A stretch of DNA of 64,000 nucleotides from Lama glama. Lineage: Eukaryota. Under the pieces are notes generated by a model. The model was not told the origin of the DNA, searched no databases, and was given only the letters and a program-made list of their open reading frames with translations. This document shows, piece by piece, positions 40,420 through 55,001 of the stretch; position 1 is the stretch's first letter; each line of letters starts with the position of its first letter. The stretch lies in contig CM052818.1 in NCBI GenBank assembly GCA_028534125.1, forward strand, positions 27,592,001 to 27,656,000, read 5' to 3'. The position numbers and the translations under genes were made by a program.

Positions 40420-40570
40420 TAAATTCACTCAAAGATGGATGCTTATTAAAAAATGCAAACTCTTGTGTCTTACCCTATACCTGCTGAGTCAGAATCTCTT
40501 TGGAAACCCTCCAAAATCTGCATTTGATTAAGTACCTCAGGTGATGCTTTTCCATGTTAAAGTGAGGGAA
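40420..40570. mobile_element. MER5-like MITE
   Basis: 'gcttattaaaaaatgcaaactc...cctgctgagtcagaatctct...aatctgcattt...aagtacctcaggtgat'. Confidence 0.75.
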
Positions 40571-40579
40571 GAGTCCCCA

Positions 40580-40890
40580 GAATCAGGCCGTCAGAAACAT
40601 CAGTTAGTAACTATGGCAAGACAATGACAGGACAAAGGATGCTATAAGGAAGGGATCAGAGAAGCAGGAGAGACACCATGATAGGACTGTCCCGGAAACC
40701 AAGAAAGCAAGCTTTTCAAGGAGGGAGAAACCAATTCAGTTGAATGGCAATGTGTCGTCGGTCTTGTAAGATGAGGACTGAGAAGTGTCCATTCGATTGG
40801 GCATCAAATCATTAATGATCTACTGTCACCAGTTTCAGTCAAGTGCTGGGCACAGAAGTCATAGGAGAGTGAGCTAAACACTGAATAAAA
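40580..40890 (-). mobile_element. L2 fragment
   Basis: 'taagatgaggactgagaagtgtccattcgattgggcatc...cagtttcagt...tgggcacagaagtca'. Confidence 0.65.
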
Positions 40891-40999
40891 AGAAAACCTG
40901 GGAACAACCCTGTATCCAACAACAGGAGAAAGGATTTATAAATAAATTCACACTGTGGAATGTTACGTAGAAACAAAACTGGAAAACTGAAGCTCTAAG

Positions 41000-41590
41000 G
41001 GCACTTGCTGAATCCAGGCACTTGAGCTTTGTTTTTTTTTCAAGGCCTCCAGAGAGCTGAGAAATGAGAAGTTCATGAGAAGATGAGGAGATATCTGTAT
41101 AAGGAAGAGCCCTGTGTAAAGAGCTATATCCTCAGACCTCAGAAAACAAGTGAAATAGAAATAACTCTGTGCCTACTCTCAGCTCCAAACAATAGCAGGT
41201 CAAACCGTCCATCCTGAACCTTAGCACTGGGTAAAGGTAAATTCCCTTGAAAATTCTCAATCAAAAGCCAGCCCTTGTGTGAGTTCCCAGTCTAAGTCCA
41301 TTTTTCCTGGATAATTTAAACCCCTTTAAGCCAAGAATTTAAATTCAAGTCATGTCAGACTTGAGGTTCTCAATGAACATAGAGTATAAAATAATCGTGT
41401 TTAGTATTATTGTCTAAATAATGGAAATTTTTTTGTTTTGAAAATGTGAGCAACATGCAAAAAAACAAAAGAAATAAACAATGAGAGGTATAAATAAAAT
41501 TTCTATAAAAGAAAAACTCAATAATTAAAATCTAAAACAACAGATAGGTGACATAGCTGGAGAGAGAGTCACTGAATTGCGAGATGAATA
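41000..41590 (+). mobile_element. Ancient L1 5' UTR / ORF1 remnant
   Basis: 'caagccaagaatttaaattcaag'-type 5' motif and coiled-coil-like 'acagataggtgacatagctggagagagagtcactgaattgcgaga'. Confidence 0.45.
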
Positions 41591-41619
41591 ATAATATGCA
41601 AACATTAAGATAATGTTGA

Positions 41620-41790
41620 AATACCATTCCAAACACTTTAAAAATATTAATTCACTTAATCCTCAAAATAATTCTATGGGGTAGGCACCATTGATTTTCC
41701 AATTTTCAGATAAAATAGATTAAATACATTGCCTGACATCACAGAAGTAATATTTGGAGGAGCCACCTCCCAAACAGAGGCAAAAGATTA
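41620..41790 (-). mobile_element. MIR SINE
   Basis: 'ttcacttaatcctcaaaataattctatggggtaggcaccattgattttccaattttcagat'. Confidence 0.75.
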
Positions 41791-44700
41791 CAGATAAATC
41801 ATTTAAACTACCCTCAAAATTATTACCTTGAATCCTTAGAATAATTGGTAACAGTTGATCTCTTAGTCTGTTTTATATTCTAAATCATATTCTAAAAGAA
41901 TAGTTTGGGTATAATTATAGTTATTATAATAATCAATTAGATTGTTTTTCCAGATAAGAAAAAACTTGAATGGATCAGAGAGCTCTGATCATTTAGACCT
42001 TAAAGCTATAATCCATACATCATCATTTTTCAGTTGATTAATATCCCTACATTATATATGTTAAAATTTATTCACACATAGATGTGAAATGCCTTCCAGG
42101 AAATAAAATCAATAATAACAACAGATCAATAAAAAAAAATGTCAAGACCAAGAAAACCTAAATTAGAGCAAAAGATCAAGCCTCAGGAGAGAGGTAGAAG
42201 TTTCTAGGCTTCTTAGAGGGGTTACTCTGAACAGAGCCATGGAGGACACATGGACCATCAGTAGCCACATTATTAGAATAAGGGAGGGTGCACACTATAA
42301 AACCTCATCGTAATCACATATGTCAATGCCATTTGGGGGTTTATTTTTAGGAGTTTTGTTTGGGTGCCGTCTAAACTTTTTGATGCAATTTTTCAGTTGT
42401 TTCTCATTGACCACTGGTAGCTGGACTTACCGTTGTAAGCTTCATACTGGTTGTATCAAGTCTGCTTTTCTGAGAGTCTTTATGGAATCAATTGATACTA
42501 TCATTTCTCTAATTTAATATGCTTCTCAAAATACAATTTTTTCCTATATTTTTAGTACATTTCCCCACTGTTTATTATCATGGGGAAAGCCAATCCTAAG
42601 GGCATTTTATACAAAATTGACTGGTTTCTAGAATTCAATACATTTTATAGAGCTTGAAACATTTTCATTGTCCGTCCTGGTCATTTTGCCTTCCTCAAAA
42701 ATAAATTTATATTGATTCATGAGGCACCACACTTTTTCATTATTCCAGCTAGGCACATTTTCAGATTATTTCTCCAAAGTTTACCCTTTACAAAAGCATT
42801 AAATATAGCATGAGATGGAATTTTCTGACTTCATAAAAAAAAAAGTAATAGTTTTCATCTAAAGTTGTAGTCCCAGGTTTTATTACAGTACACATTCTGA
42901 ATATTGTATTTGTAGATTTGTGTCCAATTTTCCCATGAATATTTTTAGAAATGTGTTACACACAAATGTTGGCAATCTACAGTTCTAAAATTGTAAAAAA
43001 AATATGTATTTTTTTGAAGAAGAGGTATATGGTACATTATACCATCCTTAAATGGGGACTTGTAAAGATATACCAATTAATGAATTAAACTTTAAACTGA
43101 AAGTTGCAGAACAAGGTGGTAAAAATAGGAAAGAAACTATTTTCTTCCTGGGAAAGTAAGTAATTTGAGTTTATTTAGGTCAGCCTTTTGGAATGCAGTC
43201 AGGAAGACCAAAGTAAGGAATGAGCTGCAACTGGCAGGAAGACGGAAAAGACAGTAAAGGAGTGGCTCAGTGATTTCAGAGTAAGATGAGGATAAAGGAA
43301 CTCGTTAACCCCTTTATTACATGGAGAGAAAAGCAATAACCCTGGATACCAAAAAGCCACAGGTTTAAAATTGTTTTGTCGAAGGTATTTTTTTTTTCAA
43401 ACTGAGTCAAAATTTCACAGCTGAGATGAGAGGATTAGAAGGGCTGGCTCATTGAAGAAACTGTTCAAAATGCTCTCAGTGTTGTGACTTCCCATCACAC
43501 TCATTATCTGAACACCTTATTTTAAAGCATAACCATACGTTATGCTGGATTTTATCTAATACAAACACACATGCATGCACCCACACATACACACACCTAT
43601 CTGTTAGCATATCCTAATTAGATTGTAAACTTCCTGAGTGGAGAAACTGTTATTTACTTACTTTATAATGCCAGTTGCCAGTTTAGAATAAACTGGATAG
43701 CAGATAATCTAAAAATATTGGTTACATTGAATTAGGAGTAGTAAAACATCTGATGAAATTTATCAAAAGTGCCTTTCATAAGATGTGACTTTCAGAAAAG
43801 TAAAATGCGATACACTGTCGCAGCTTGAATTTAATCTTAATTTTTCAGATGATGCCTTAGATATTTATTTTCATTATGTATGTGTTTCAGGGCTTTCAGG
43901 TTTTAATTTTTATCAATGTGAGGAAAAATGCAGAAATATTTAGTAACAGAGACACTTTTAATTGAAATATTCTAGACAACTGAGTTTGGATGGTAGGCAT
44001 TTGAGAAAAATTCACATTCATTGTCTAGCTTACACAATTAGCGGACATAAAATGATGGAAGCATAGAATCAAAAGCTGCTATGTCCAGACAAGGATTTTA
44101 GCTGTGCTCCACGAGAGGTGTGATGGTAACTACTCATCTTCAGCTCTGGTCCAACCTAGGAGCGCCTCTCCCTCCAAAACATCCTCCCCAGCCCTCTAGG
44201 CAGGTAGAATGTTGACCACGAGGAACCCACAGAGGGCCAACAGAGAGCTCAGACACAGAGAGAGGTTTAGGACCTTGAAACCCAAAAAGAAGTCACTCCC
44301 AGGGAGATAAGTAGTGGAAGCCAGGAGACAACAGAAAGCAGGGGAGAGAGAGAGCTGCATCCCTTCATCGGGTCATGAGCAGTATATTTACAATCTGGAT
44401 TTCCAGCTATTGTAGACCCAGAGACTGGTCATTTTTGCAGCTAGCAATGAGGGCCCTGATACAGGGAAGACAGCAGCTCCATGAAACACAGCACAACCAC
44501 GAATACATGGTTTAAGACACTGAAGACAATCCAAGACAAAGGCACCTAAAGCAAAGACACAAATCTGAGCCCATCCAGAAAAGAGATGAAAATATAACTG
44601 CAAGAGTATCACTGTACATCATATGTAAGTATCCTGAAGTGGGGGGAGAGTAAACCAAGCAGACACTTGGCTCAGATCCTGGCATTTTCCATTTGATCCT

Positions 44701-46709
44701 GGAAACAGGAAGCTAACCACTCTGAGTCTCAGTAGCACTTACTTTCCGTGTTATGAAAAATGACATGCGATTATTTAAAAGCCCCTGCTCTGGCACTGGA
44801 CAGGTTACAAGTGGACAGCAAGGTGGTGACTATTTTATTATTATTATTATTATTTCTTTCTTTCCCTTCTTGTTGTTCTAGTTATTCTTCTCTTAAGAAA
44901 AACGAATAGGACACTTTCATGGTTCTCATTCTGTAATGTCACCTCAGTTACTTTCTAATAATGCTATGTTTTCTTCATATACCCAGAGTTACAATTTCAG
45001 TCAAGGTCATGTAGGTGAAATGGATAAGTGATGCCACCTCCAGAAAGGAGGCCTAACAAGCCAGTGTCTATTTTGAGACAGGGGGAGGGGGCTCCAGAAA
45101 ATAGTGGCTGGGGTTTTTATTAATTATTTTTAGCTTATATCTTGATAATTATGAGATCAGGAGACTAGAGATAATTGCTTGAAGGGGTAGTAGAAATACT
45201 ACTGTTTTACCACAATTTTAAAATCTAAGAACATTGGGCATCAGAATTTTTAAAATGTCCCTACAGAGGGTTCAGCATAAAGTGCATAGTATATGCTATT
45301 TTGTCTTTACAAGGGAAGGAAATGAAAAGGACACAGGTTAATCAATTTCACATGATCACATGTTAGTTATAAAATGAAATCATGCACTTGTTTTCCTTCA
45401 GATGCTACTAAGTGAAGCTGAATCCAGACTCTACAGCAAACATTATAATATGAATCACAGAATAACATTTAGGATTGGGATTTGACACTTCAAGTCTTTC
45501 TTTGATATACTATCATTTGATACATGAAGTTGCTGAATTACGTTACTTTGTTACTTTCCTTGACTTGGTGCTGCTTTAGAAGACATAATTACCAGGAACT
45601 TGGATCTCTCTGTCACTAAGTATGAATTACTCACTTTGGAGAAGGTGAGTTGGAGGATCTGGAACAGAGATGACAGTCAGTCAGCATTGCTGAAACCGTC
45701 TCCCACCTACACTCTATCCTCACCTGCTTCCACCTCACCTTCTCCTTCCTTCCAGAAAAAAGTGATGTTACTGCGATGAATCATTTGGGTTTAGGGCAGC
45801 GCAACCCTAAACTCCAGGAAGAGGCTTTTGTCTTCTTGATTTGTTTGGACTAAAATGTCCATCAAAAGAAAAATAAATAACATAAGGTCCAAGAATCAAG
45901 ACCAGACCACAGCTATCATAAGAAGAGTTCTGTGTTCCACTGTGTGAATGTGCATTAATGTGTCTCTTATTGGTGATTTCACTGCTCTAAGTACTGAGTA
46001 CTATTCATTCAGTTCGATTAGCACAGGGTTTTCTATTCTGAATTTTGTTCACACAGAAAAGATACATATGTCCAAATTTAATTTGTGATCTTTTAATAAG
46101 CATTATCAAAATAATCACCAGGTTGGGTGCTGCTGGTATGACCACTTACTGCCCAGTTACTTATAATTTCAGATATCCAAGGCAGGACCACCCTTTATGT
46201 TCCTCAAAATAGAGCTGGCTGAATAATTATTTTTTAATGCAACTATTTACAAAAACAAAGCATGTTTTTTTTACTATACCAAGAGTGATTTATTAGAGAA
46301 AATACTATTTGATTTCAGAATTTCTCAAATCTAGCAAAAATATCCATAAAAACTGGATTCAGAGCAAAACTTCTTACACACAAAAAATTACTAAAATAAC
46401 ACATGTCCACACTTTCCACAAATTTCTTGCAGAAGTCTGAACTCAGAAGCTTTTCCCTGAAACATATTCCCTTGAGAAAGTTTAAACAATTGGGTGGAAA
46501 TGACTGACAGAATGTTTTCTTTAAAATAAGTGACGGCCACCTGTAGCTCAGTGCTGTTCACATGGAAAGACCTTAATAAATGCTGCTGATGGATGCATAT
46601 GTTTTATGTACATACTCCATTAGCATCATTGATCCACATTCTTTGCACCATGATGCTTTAATTAAACATGAAGTGCCAGTTTTTATTATTGTGGTTTAGA
46701 GTTCAATTA

Positions 46710-47960
46710 GTCAGCCACTCAACAAACATTTATTAAGTTCCTGCTATTTGTGTATCTATTTATTCAACAAATTTTATTCAGTGCCTACAGTATGCCAGAT
46801 GCTGGCCTTATCTTGGGAGATTCCACAGTGACTCTAATCGACAGTTTCCATTTCCTCCAGATACTTGCTGACCAGTGAGGAGGGAGGGTCCATAAAGAAG
46901 AAAGCAAATAAATATATAAGACTGGTGCTAAGTGCTTAACACAGGGTAATGGGGTAGTTTGACTTGAAGGAGAGGGAAGACTTATTTTAGAAAAGAAAGA
47001 CAGGAAAAATCTCTCTGAGAGACTGGCTTCTGAAATAAATGTAGTTAGCCATTCAGATACCAGAAGGAAGAAATATCCAAGCAAACAGAAGAGTTAGGGT
47101 AAAAGCACGGGAATGGAAGTGAGTTTAGTTAATTTGAGGAACAAAGACTAATATGGCTGAAGCAAGAATAATAAATACTTTTCTTTCATCCTAATTGTAA
47201 TGAGAAGGCACTTGGGCAGTTTTAAAAACCAGGTTTATAGAAGAATACTTAGTGCAAACAATTTGTGCAAGAAAAATTCACCCATTTTAAAGATGTATTT
47301 CAATGAGTTTAATCAAATGTGTATAATCATATAAGCACCACCTTCCCAGCATAAGTAAGATACAGAATATTCCCATCACTCCAAAAAAAACTACCTTGTG
47401 CCTTTTTTGCAGTCAATCCCATCTCCTACCACAAGCCACTGGGAATCACCATAAATCTGTCATAAAAATGGAATCATAAAGTAGGCAGCATGTAATCTTT
47501 TGTTTCTGGTTTTCTCTACTTAGTATAATGCTTTTGAGACTCATTCATGATGTTGCATGTTGATTTGAAATCCCGTTTGATCTCTAATAAGCAATGCTGA
47601 CTTAGCAATTAGATATGCAAGTCTGGACTCAGGGAAGAGATTATATCTAGAGTCTCAACATCTAGATGATATTTAAAACCACGGGATGAGATGATATCAC
47701 CAAATGGGAGAATGAGGGAGTGACACCAGGGGCCCTGCAATGTTCAAAAGAGGCAGAGAAGCCTGTAGCTTAAGAAGAAATATCCTGTGAAGTAGGAAGA
47801 AAATAAGTGATATCACAGAAGCCAAAAAAGAAAGCATTTCAAGAAGGAGAGAATGGTCAGCTGTGACAAATATCAAGCAAGATGAGACCTCACTATTGAC
47901 TTGTCAAGCTGGAAATTGCTGATCACCTCGACGAGAGCTGTTTCAATGGCTCTGTGCCAG
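46710..47960 (-). mobile_element. L2 interrupted by an old L1 3' fragment (~47230-47560)
   Basis: Starts 'cactcaacaaacatttattaag...gtgcctacagtatgccaga'; resumes 'gcaattagatatgcaagtctggactcagggaagag...aagaaagcatttcaagaaggagagaatggtcagctgtgacaaat'. Confidence 0.8.
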
Positions 47961-49394
47961 ACATTGAAAAATGCTTGGTATGACAATGAACAAAGGAGAA
48001 GTGATACTGTCTCTTGGAATCCACTGGCTAATATTTGTGTTTTCAGTTTGGTTCTTTATTAACTCTATATAAAGACTGGAAATTTAACATGTAACTAGCT
48101 ATTCAACAGAAGAATTCAGAACTTTGGAGAAAATTGGGATTCTTTGATTCTTCCTCTTCATCCTCTCAACAAAAATTTGATACAACTACCCTAAAGAAGA
48201 ATGAGTTGTTACAATTCTAATGCCAACCACGAGGGGAGAATACCATTTCTTTCTCTCATATTTAAAGGAAGAGATGTACTTTTTATCAATTAATAATTCA
48301 GAATATGTTTGAAGACACAACCAATTAGCAGCAGTAATTTGCATTTTATGTTTTTTCATTAGTTTCCTAAGTCCTTTTCTGCTGTTTCTATAATGAAAAT
48401 GTCATCTTTCAAAGGTGAATAGCTTTTTTGTATTTGCTTGGTAATGAGCTTTCTTTAATTATCAATTGGCTAATTTCATAGGTTTCAAAGAAAACTTAGC
48501 TGTTGGTGTTGAAAGACCAGCAAACTCATGTGATATCTCTCTTTAACTTAGTGCCAAAATTAGTTCTCAGCTAAAAATGTATTGGGTAGCTTTTTTGTTT
48601 CTACAGTTTGTTGTTGTTGTTACTTATTTTACTGTTTTTGCTGAGCTTTTCGTATGGATTGGATCCACCAAACATCAAATACAAGCTCTACAAAGTGTTG
48701 TATGCTTGACTTATTTAATCCAAATCCCAGTGGTATATTCCCCCCACAGCATAACAGGAAGATCATTGACAAGTGAGCATAAGACACCACACAAGTAAAA
48801 AACCTGCATCATAAATTACTTCTTACTCCAAATACATGCAAATTTTTATTCTCTGGCCTAACCCACCAAGGGCGAAAAGGACTAATACAAAGATGTGTCT
48901 AGTATATTTTAATTCTAACTGACAAGCTTTAAAAACATAAATCCAATATTATCATTAATAAATGTTAGTCAGGCACACTGGAAACTCCATTAAACATCTG
49001 TGATTTAATTGTTTAATTGTTTAACAGGCGAACTTTCACTCTGAGTGGTATCTTTAAGCAACTGAGGGGTCTGGTTATTTAAAACTGGTGGAGTCTAGTT
49101 GTAAATATTTATAGATTTATTGTCACCAAAATGAGCCTTATGGTTCTCTATAGCAGCATAAAGCAAAAGAAAAAAGGGAGGAATTATTAAAAACAATATA
49201 TAGTCCAAAATGAAAATTGAAAAGGATAGCACATTTATGCGAGAGAAGGTATCTTCGTTCTTCACAGGCCTGAGGAAAATGGTGACATGAGTAAAGTTTG
49301 GTTTCTTAGACTCTTCTTATCACATTCCCTACTCCAGATATAAAGACCAAAACTTCATTGCCACGAACTTCCACAATCTATCACCAACAGACCA

Positions 49395-49760
49395 ATCAGT
49401 CAGGATAGATCTTATTATGCTGCAATAACAAGCAACACCAAAATCTCAGTGGCTTCACCCACAGGAAGGTCTGCTGCAAAATCCAGGGCTGCAAGTCCTC
49501 CGTGGTAGCTCACTAACCTGACTCCTTCATCTTGTGGTATCTCTCCCTCCACATATTCCATGCTTTCCACAGCAGGGGAAGAGAGCAGTGGAGAGTCCTG
49601 CACCAGCAATTAGATGCCTCAGCATTGAAGCCCTCTTACAACCTAAAGGCCAGAACTAATCATGTAAGCCCGCCCCACTGCCAGGGATGCAGCAAAGTGT
49701 AATTCTCGCGGTGCCCAGAAAAAGAGGAACATCAAAAATGCGTAAGCACTAGAAGTTTCT
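49395..49760 (-). mobile_element. MLT1 (I/J-like) LTR
   Basis: 'tcagtcaggatag...tatgctgcaataacaagcaacaccaaaatctcagtggctt...ggccagaactaatcatg'. Confidence 0.75.
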
Positions 49761-49959
49761 ATATGTTGGCTCTACTGAAACAATGCTCAAACTCTCAATC
49801 TTTCCTACCTCTGCAAAATTTGCTCAGAATTTGATTTGCAAAGTTATCAGAGACCTTACCATCCTGACACTTGTGTCCCTCATGGTACACATGAGCAATG
49901 CAAGGGAGGGGAATGGCCTTGTCCTGGGTTCCTCAGCCCCCTCAATAGGATTTCTCTGA

Positions 49960-50250
49960 CCATTCCTGTGATTTTCCACCTCTACTCTGGGCTGAACTCT
50001 CCTCCACTTCAGACTCGTATAACAAATGCCTCCGAGCATCTCCACTTGTGTGTCTAAAAGGCATCTCAGACCAATAGGCCTCAGACTGAACTCGTAATAT
50101 TTACGCAAAAATTCGATCCACCCAATCTCAGTCAATGGCTATACCATGTTTCCAATTGCTCAGGCCAAAACCATGAAGTCCTTCTTGACACTTTCGTTTC
50201 ATACCCTACGTCCAATCCATCAGAAAATTCTTTTGCCTTTAACTTCAAAA
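49960..50250 (+). mobile_element. L2 fragment
   Basis: 'ctccacttcagactcgtataacaaatgcc...catctccacttgtgtgtctaaaaggcatctcaga...ttgctcaggccaaaacc'. Confidence 0.75.
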
Positions 50251-50259
50251 TCTGTCCAT

Positions 50260-52066
50260 GGATGACATAAACTGGCTGAGTCATCCTTTGGGTAGTTCAG
50301 TGCCTCTTCCACTGGGGGAACTCTCTGACATATGTTAAGATGTGATGCAAGTATCTTTACACTCTGTGCTCACTCTCATAGGTCCATCTGCATGCCTCTT
50401 GTCCAGACCTATCAGTCCACAGTATGCTAATCTTGCTCCTTCCAGAATATGATCAATTAGCTAAGCCATTTTGCCATTGCCCATCAGTCCACATTTATCC
50501 TCACCTCAGGCAACTTCTCTCTTCAAAGAAAGTGGACTACCAAATACAATAACCAAAGTTGTGTCCACTGGGAGAATTCCCCCTCTCCATTGTCTTTCAG
50601 GTACACGTCAGAATGGGGTGATAGTGTACCAACAGTCAGTGTTGATATTAACAAGTCAATATTGACATTGACAAACATGCCAGTCCAACCCATTCATGAA
50701 CCAAGCTTGGCTTTTTCCCTCCTCTGTCAGCTAATCATAAGGAACCTCACTCCACCCCATAAAGCCTAGGTGTGAATAAAATTAAAGATGCTGGTACAAC
50801 TGTGGTGGGTGACGTGGGGATAGGGGTTTCTGTTCATGTAGTTTACCTGTACCCTCTATGCCTGCCCAGATGTTCTACTTCAAGACCCACCAAGTTAGAT
50901 TATTGATGGAATCAACCTGGTAGGCCTGACAGTATCTAGTTCATATGGGCAGTCATAACCATCACATTAAATCTGCCCAGTTCGTAGCCTGACGGATCTG
51001 ATTTTCAAATAGTATATAGTTCTCTGCTGCAGATGGCACATGCTCCAGGAACTTAGGAGTTTACTCTCAGACCCTCCTATTGTGGCTTGGCACAGGCTCC
51101 ATTGCAACATTTTTTCCCCCACTGATATCTCTAGTACTGTGGGGTTTGCCAGGTCATCTGGTCCAAGCCACAGGACTACTTGTATCACAGACTAGATATG
51201 CTACAGAGTACTTTCTGGGTCTCACTCAAGATTAACAGTCTTTTACAACATCATTCAGCAAATAATTGGAGCAATATTTTCAAGTGCAAAGAATGCTGCC
51301 CACTAAAGCCTCAGGAGGTTTATCAAATTTTGTTACTTCTTCCTTAGTCATGTGGTGGGCCCCTGAATCTACAGAGTTTGTCTCCTACCCTCTGGACCTC
51401 ACATCTCTTACTAAGGCTTTCAGGATACTTGCTCCTTGTAGCTTCTCACATGCAATTTATCAATACAAAATTATATTGATATTGATATATAAAAACACAT
51501 TGATGTCATCAATATTAAAAAAAACAGTATGATGTTCTATTGAATGTCTAAATGTTTCAGGTCCCTTTGGGCCATATTATAACAGAGAGAAGGAGAATTC
51601 ACACAGCCCCAGGGCAAGATTCTAACAGTATAATGTCACTGTGCATGGGAATTGCTTCTGATATTTCTTCCTGATGAATATGCAAAACACATTTGGCAAA
51701 TCAGTAACCACACACCCCACATCCATGGTTGTGTTAATCTGCTCTAACAAAGATACCACATCTAATACACTGGGCTTCCTACTTGGTTAAGTTTATAGTA
51801 GATCTCTCTTACTGTCCATGATCCCTTTGGTTTTAATAGGGACTAAACTATTGATTAAAATGGGGAAATGAGGGGACTACGATGCCTGCAGTTGCTGCAG
51901 CTGCTAAGTATGTCCATTCTAATGCCATATTTTAGAGCTGGGAAGTGACTCAATAGTCATGGACTTAGTGAGTCCATGAACCCAGAGGATCTATGAAAGC
52001 ATGATCTGGGCTAGAATTCCAAGTATTATCTCACTCCTATGTTCCTTTATCCTCAAAATGGAATCA
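50260..52066 (-). pseudogene. Decayed ERV-L internal region: protease C-terminus, RT, RNase H
   Basis: Minus-strand translations VLDVVSLLEQINT (~51730-51768), ILPWGCVNSP (~51592-51621, LPQG motif), NIDDI (~51502-51516, YxDD), LGPDDLANPTVLEISV..WSLCQATIG (50967-51188) and DNGEGEFSQWTQL (~50555-50595) parallel ERV-L Pol; many stops and frameshifts. Confidence 0.9.
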
Positions 52067-53595
52067 TAATATAGGGAGAAATGTCTTTGCAGCTTTGCCA
52101 GGTAGCTTAAAGGAAGGAAAGTGTAGAGGTCTTTGAAGCCACTGAATCAGCCACCACTTAAAAATATGCAACAATACCAGCCAAGATGGTGGAATAGAAA
52201 GGACCCTGAGCTCACCTCCTCTCAGGAGCACATGAAGGAATCACAAGAAGACAGGTTGGAGAGGCATACTTATGATATAATCAAATCCCATACCCTGAAG
52301 TGGGTGACCAGCAAACTGGAGAATAAAAGTACAGAGCTTCTCCCACAGGAGTGAGAGCTCTGAGCCCATATCGGGCCCCCCAGCCTGGGGATCTTGCACC
52401 GGGAAAACAAGCCCCCAGAGCATTTGGCTTTGAAGGCCAGCGGGGCTTCTTTTCCGGAGTCCCAGTGGACTGCAGGAAATAGACTTCACTCTTAAAAGCA
52501 CATGTAAATCCTCACGTGCACCGGGATACAGGGCAAAAGCCATCATTTGAGAGGATCCTGGGCCAGACCTACCTGCTGGTCTTGGAGAGTCTCCCGGAAA
52601 GGCGGGGCCGGCCACCCTGGGGTCACAGAAGGCAGCGGCAGCCATATTTGGGAGCTCGTTCTACCAGGAGGGAGGTGGTGCTGACCTCACCAGGGTGTGG
52701 GATCCACTCTCCAGCTTCTTAGCGCCCAGACCGCAGCCGGACAGCCTGTAGGTGCCAGTTCGAGCCCGCCTCAGGACAAACGACTAACTAAGGGACATGG
52801 CCCCGCCCATCAGCAGACAGGCTGCAGACAGGCTTCCTGAGCCCACAGTGCACCTAGACGTAGACATGCCCCTAGACAGGGCCCTGCCCACCAGAGGGCC
52901 GGGACCCAGCTCTGCCCACCAGTGGGCAGGCCCCGGCTCTGCACACCTGGAAGCCTCCACAAGCCTCCAGACCAGCCTCACCCACCAGGGCACAGACACC
53001 AGACCCAAGAAAACCACAATCCCATAGCAGGCCAGACCCCACCCAGGGACCAGCTGGGCCCAGCCCTGCCCAGTAGCAGGTTAACACAAGCTTCTGGATC
53101 TGAAATGAGCTCTGGGATCCCTGGGCCCTCTGGCCAGACTCCAGGACCAGGCTCTGCCTGCCAGTAGTCCGGCATTAAGCTCAGGACCTGGCTTTACCCA
53201 CCAGTAAGGGGACAGCAGCCCCAGAGTCTTATAGACCCTGGCTCCACCCACCAGTGAGCCAGCACGAGTGCCAGGGATCTCCCAGGGTTCTGCAGCCAGC
53301 CGCCTCATGACCAAGCCCTGCTAACCAGCAGCCAGCAGCACCCACACAAGGCAGTGCCTGGCAACCAACCGGGTAGGGGCCAGCCAACCCTACCAGACCA
53401 CCCACAGTCAGCCTGCTACAGTGGAAGGACCCACGCAACCCACCTAGGGGGAAACCCCTAGCATACAGCATGAGTGACAAGAGGGGAGTGCAATGCCAGG
53501 ATGCATAGGACTTCTACAGAGGGCCATTTTCCAAGGTTGAGAAACATGGCCAACCTACCACATACTTACAAAATACAAACAGCAACTTAGACAAA

Positions 53596-54400
53596 ATGAG
53601 GCAGCAGAGGAACATGTTCCAGATGAAGGAACAAGATAAAACCCCAGAAGAAGAACTAAGTATAGTGGAGATAGGAAATCGACCTGAGAAAGAATTCCGG
53701 GTAATGATTGCAAAGATCATCAAAGAACTTGGGAGAAGAAAGCATGCACAGAGCGAGAAGTTAGACGTTTTTAATAAAGAGTTAGAAAAGAACAACCAGA
53801 GATGAAGAATACAATAACTGAAATGAGAAGTAAGCCACAAGGAATCAATAGTAGACTAAATGATACAGAGGAATAGATCAGTGAGCAGGAAGACAGAGGA
53901 GTGGAAATCACTGCCACTGAACACAATAAAGAAAAAAGAAACAAGGACAGTGTAAGAGACCTCTGGGAAAACATCAAGGGCACTGATATTTGCATTATAG
54001 GGGTCCCAGGAGAGGCGAGAGAGATAGGGGCTGAGAACATATTTGAAAATGTAATAGCTGAAAACTTCCCTAACCATATTAAAAGCAGCAAGGGAAAAGC
54101 AACAAATAACATACAAAGGAACTTCTGTAAGGCCATCGGCTGATTTTTCAGCAGAATCTCTGCAGGCCAGAGGGAGTGGCACGATATATTTTAAATGATG
54201 AAAGGGAAAAACCCACAACCAAGAAAACTCTATCCAGCAAGGGTCTTCCTCAGATTTGATGGAGAGATCAAAAGTTTTACAGACAGGCAGAAGCTAAGAG
54301 TTCAGCACCACAAAACCAACTTTACAACAAATGTTGAGGGAACTTCTCTAGGAGAGAAACAAAAGGCTACAACTAGAAACAAGAAAATTACAAAATGAAA
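53596..54400 (+). pseudogene. L1 ORF1p, disrupted by frameshifts and an internal deletion near 54075
   Basis: MRQQRNMFQMKEQDKTPEEEL...EFRVMI; RDLWENIKGTDICIIGVPGE...ENIFENVIAENFPN; KNPQPRKLYPARVFLRFDGEIKSFTDRQKL. Confidence 0.9.
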
Positions 54401-54919
54401 AAAAAAGTCACTGGTAAAGGTAAACATACAGGAAAGGTAGGAAACCATCCACACACGAAGCGAGTAGGGAGGTTAAAAGATGAAAGTAGTAAAATCTGCC
54501 ATAAGCAGTTAAGGGAGACACAAAACAATCAGATGTAAAATATGATATCAAAGACAGTAATCATGAGGGGAGGAGAGTATAAATGCAGGATTTTTAAAAT
54601 GCATTTGAAATTAAGAGGTCAGCAACTTAAAACAATCACCTTATATACAGACTGCTATATAATAACCTCATGGTAACTGCAAACCAAAAATCTACAATAG
54701 ACATACACACAAAAAAAGAAAAAGGAATCCAAACATAACACTAAAGGTAGTCATTAAATCCCTAAAGAAGAGAACAAAAGAAGGGAAAAAAGACCCACAA
54801 AAACAAACTCGAAACAATTAACAAAATGGCAGTAAGAACCTACATAACGATAATTACCTTAAATGAAAATCAAATAAATGCTCCAAAAGACACAAAGTGG
54901 CTGAATGGATACAAAAACA

Positions 54920-55001
54920 AGATATATAGATATACATATACATATATGTATATATGTGTGTGTGTGTGTATATGTATGTATGTGTATACATATATATATA
55001 T
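54920..55001. repeat. (TA)n/(TG)n compound microsatellite inside L1 ORF2
   Basis: Direct reading. Confidence 0.9.

Noticed and set aside
42430..42508. Minus-strand exon candidate with an acg|gtaagt donor
   Set aside because: Weak acceptor and stop codons in all three frames of the longer version.
52300..53500. CpG-island-like promoter with many overlapping ORFs
   Set aside because: It is the GC-rich L1 5' UTR; the ORFs reflect low stop-codon frequency.
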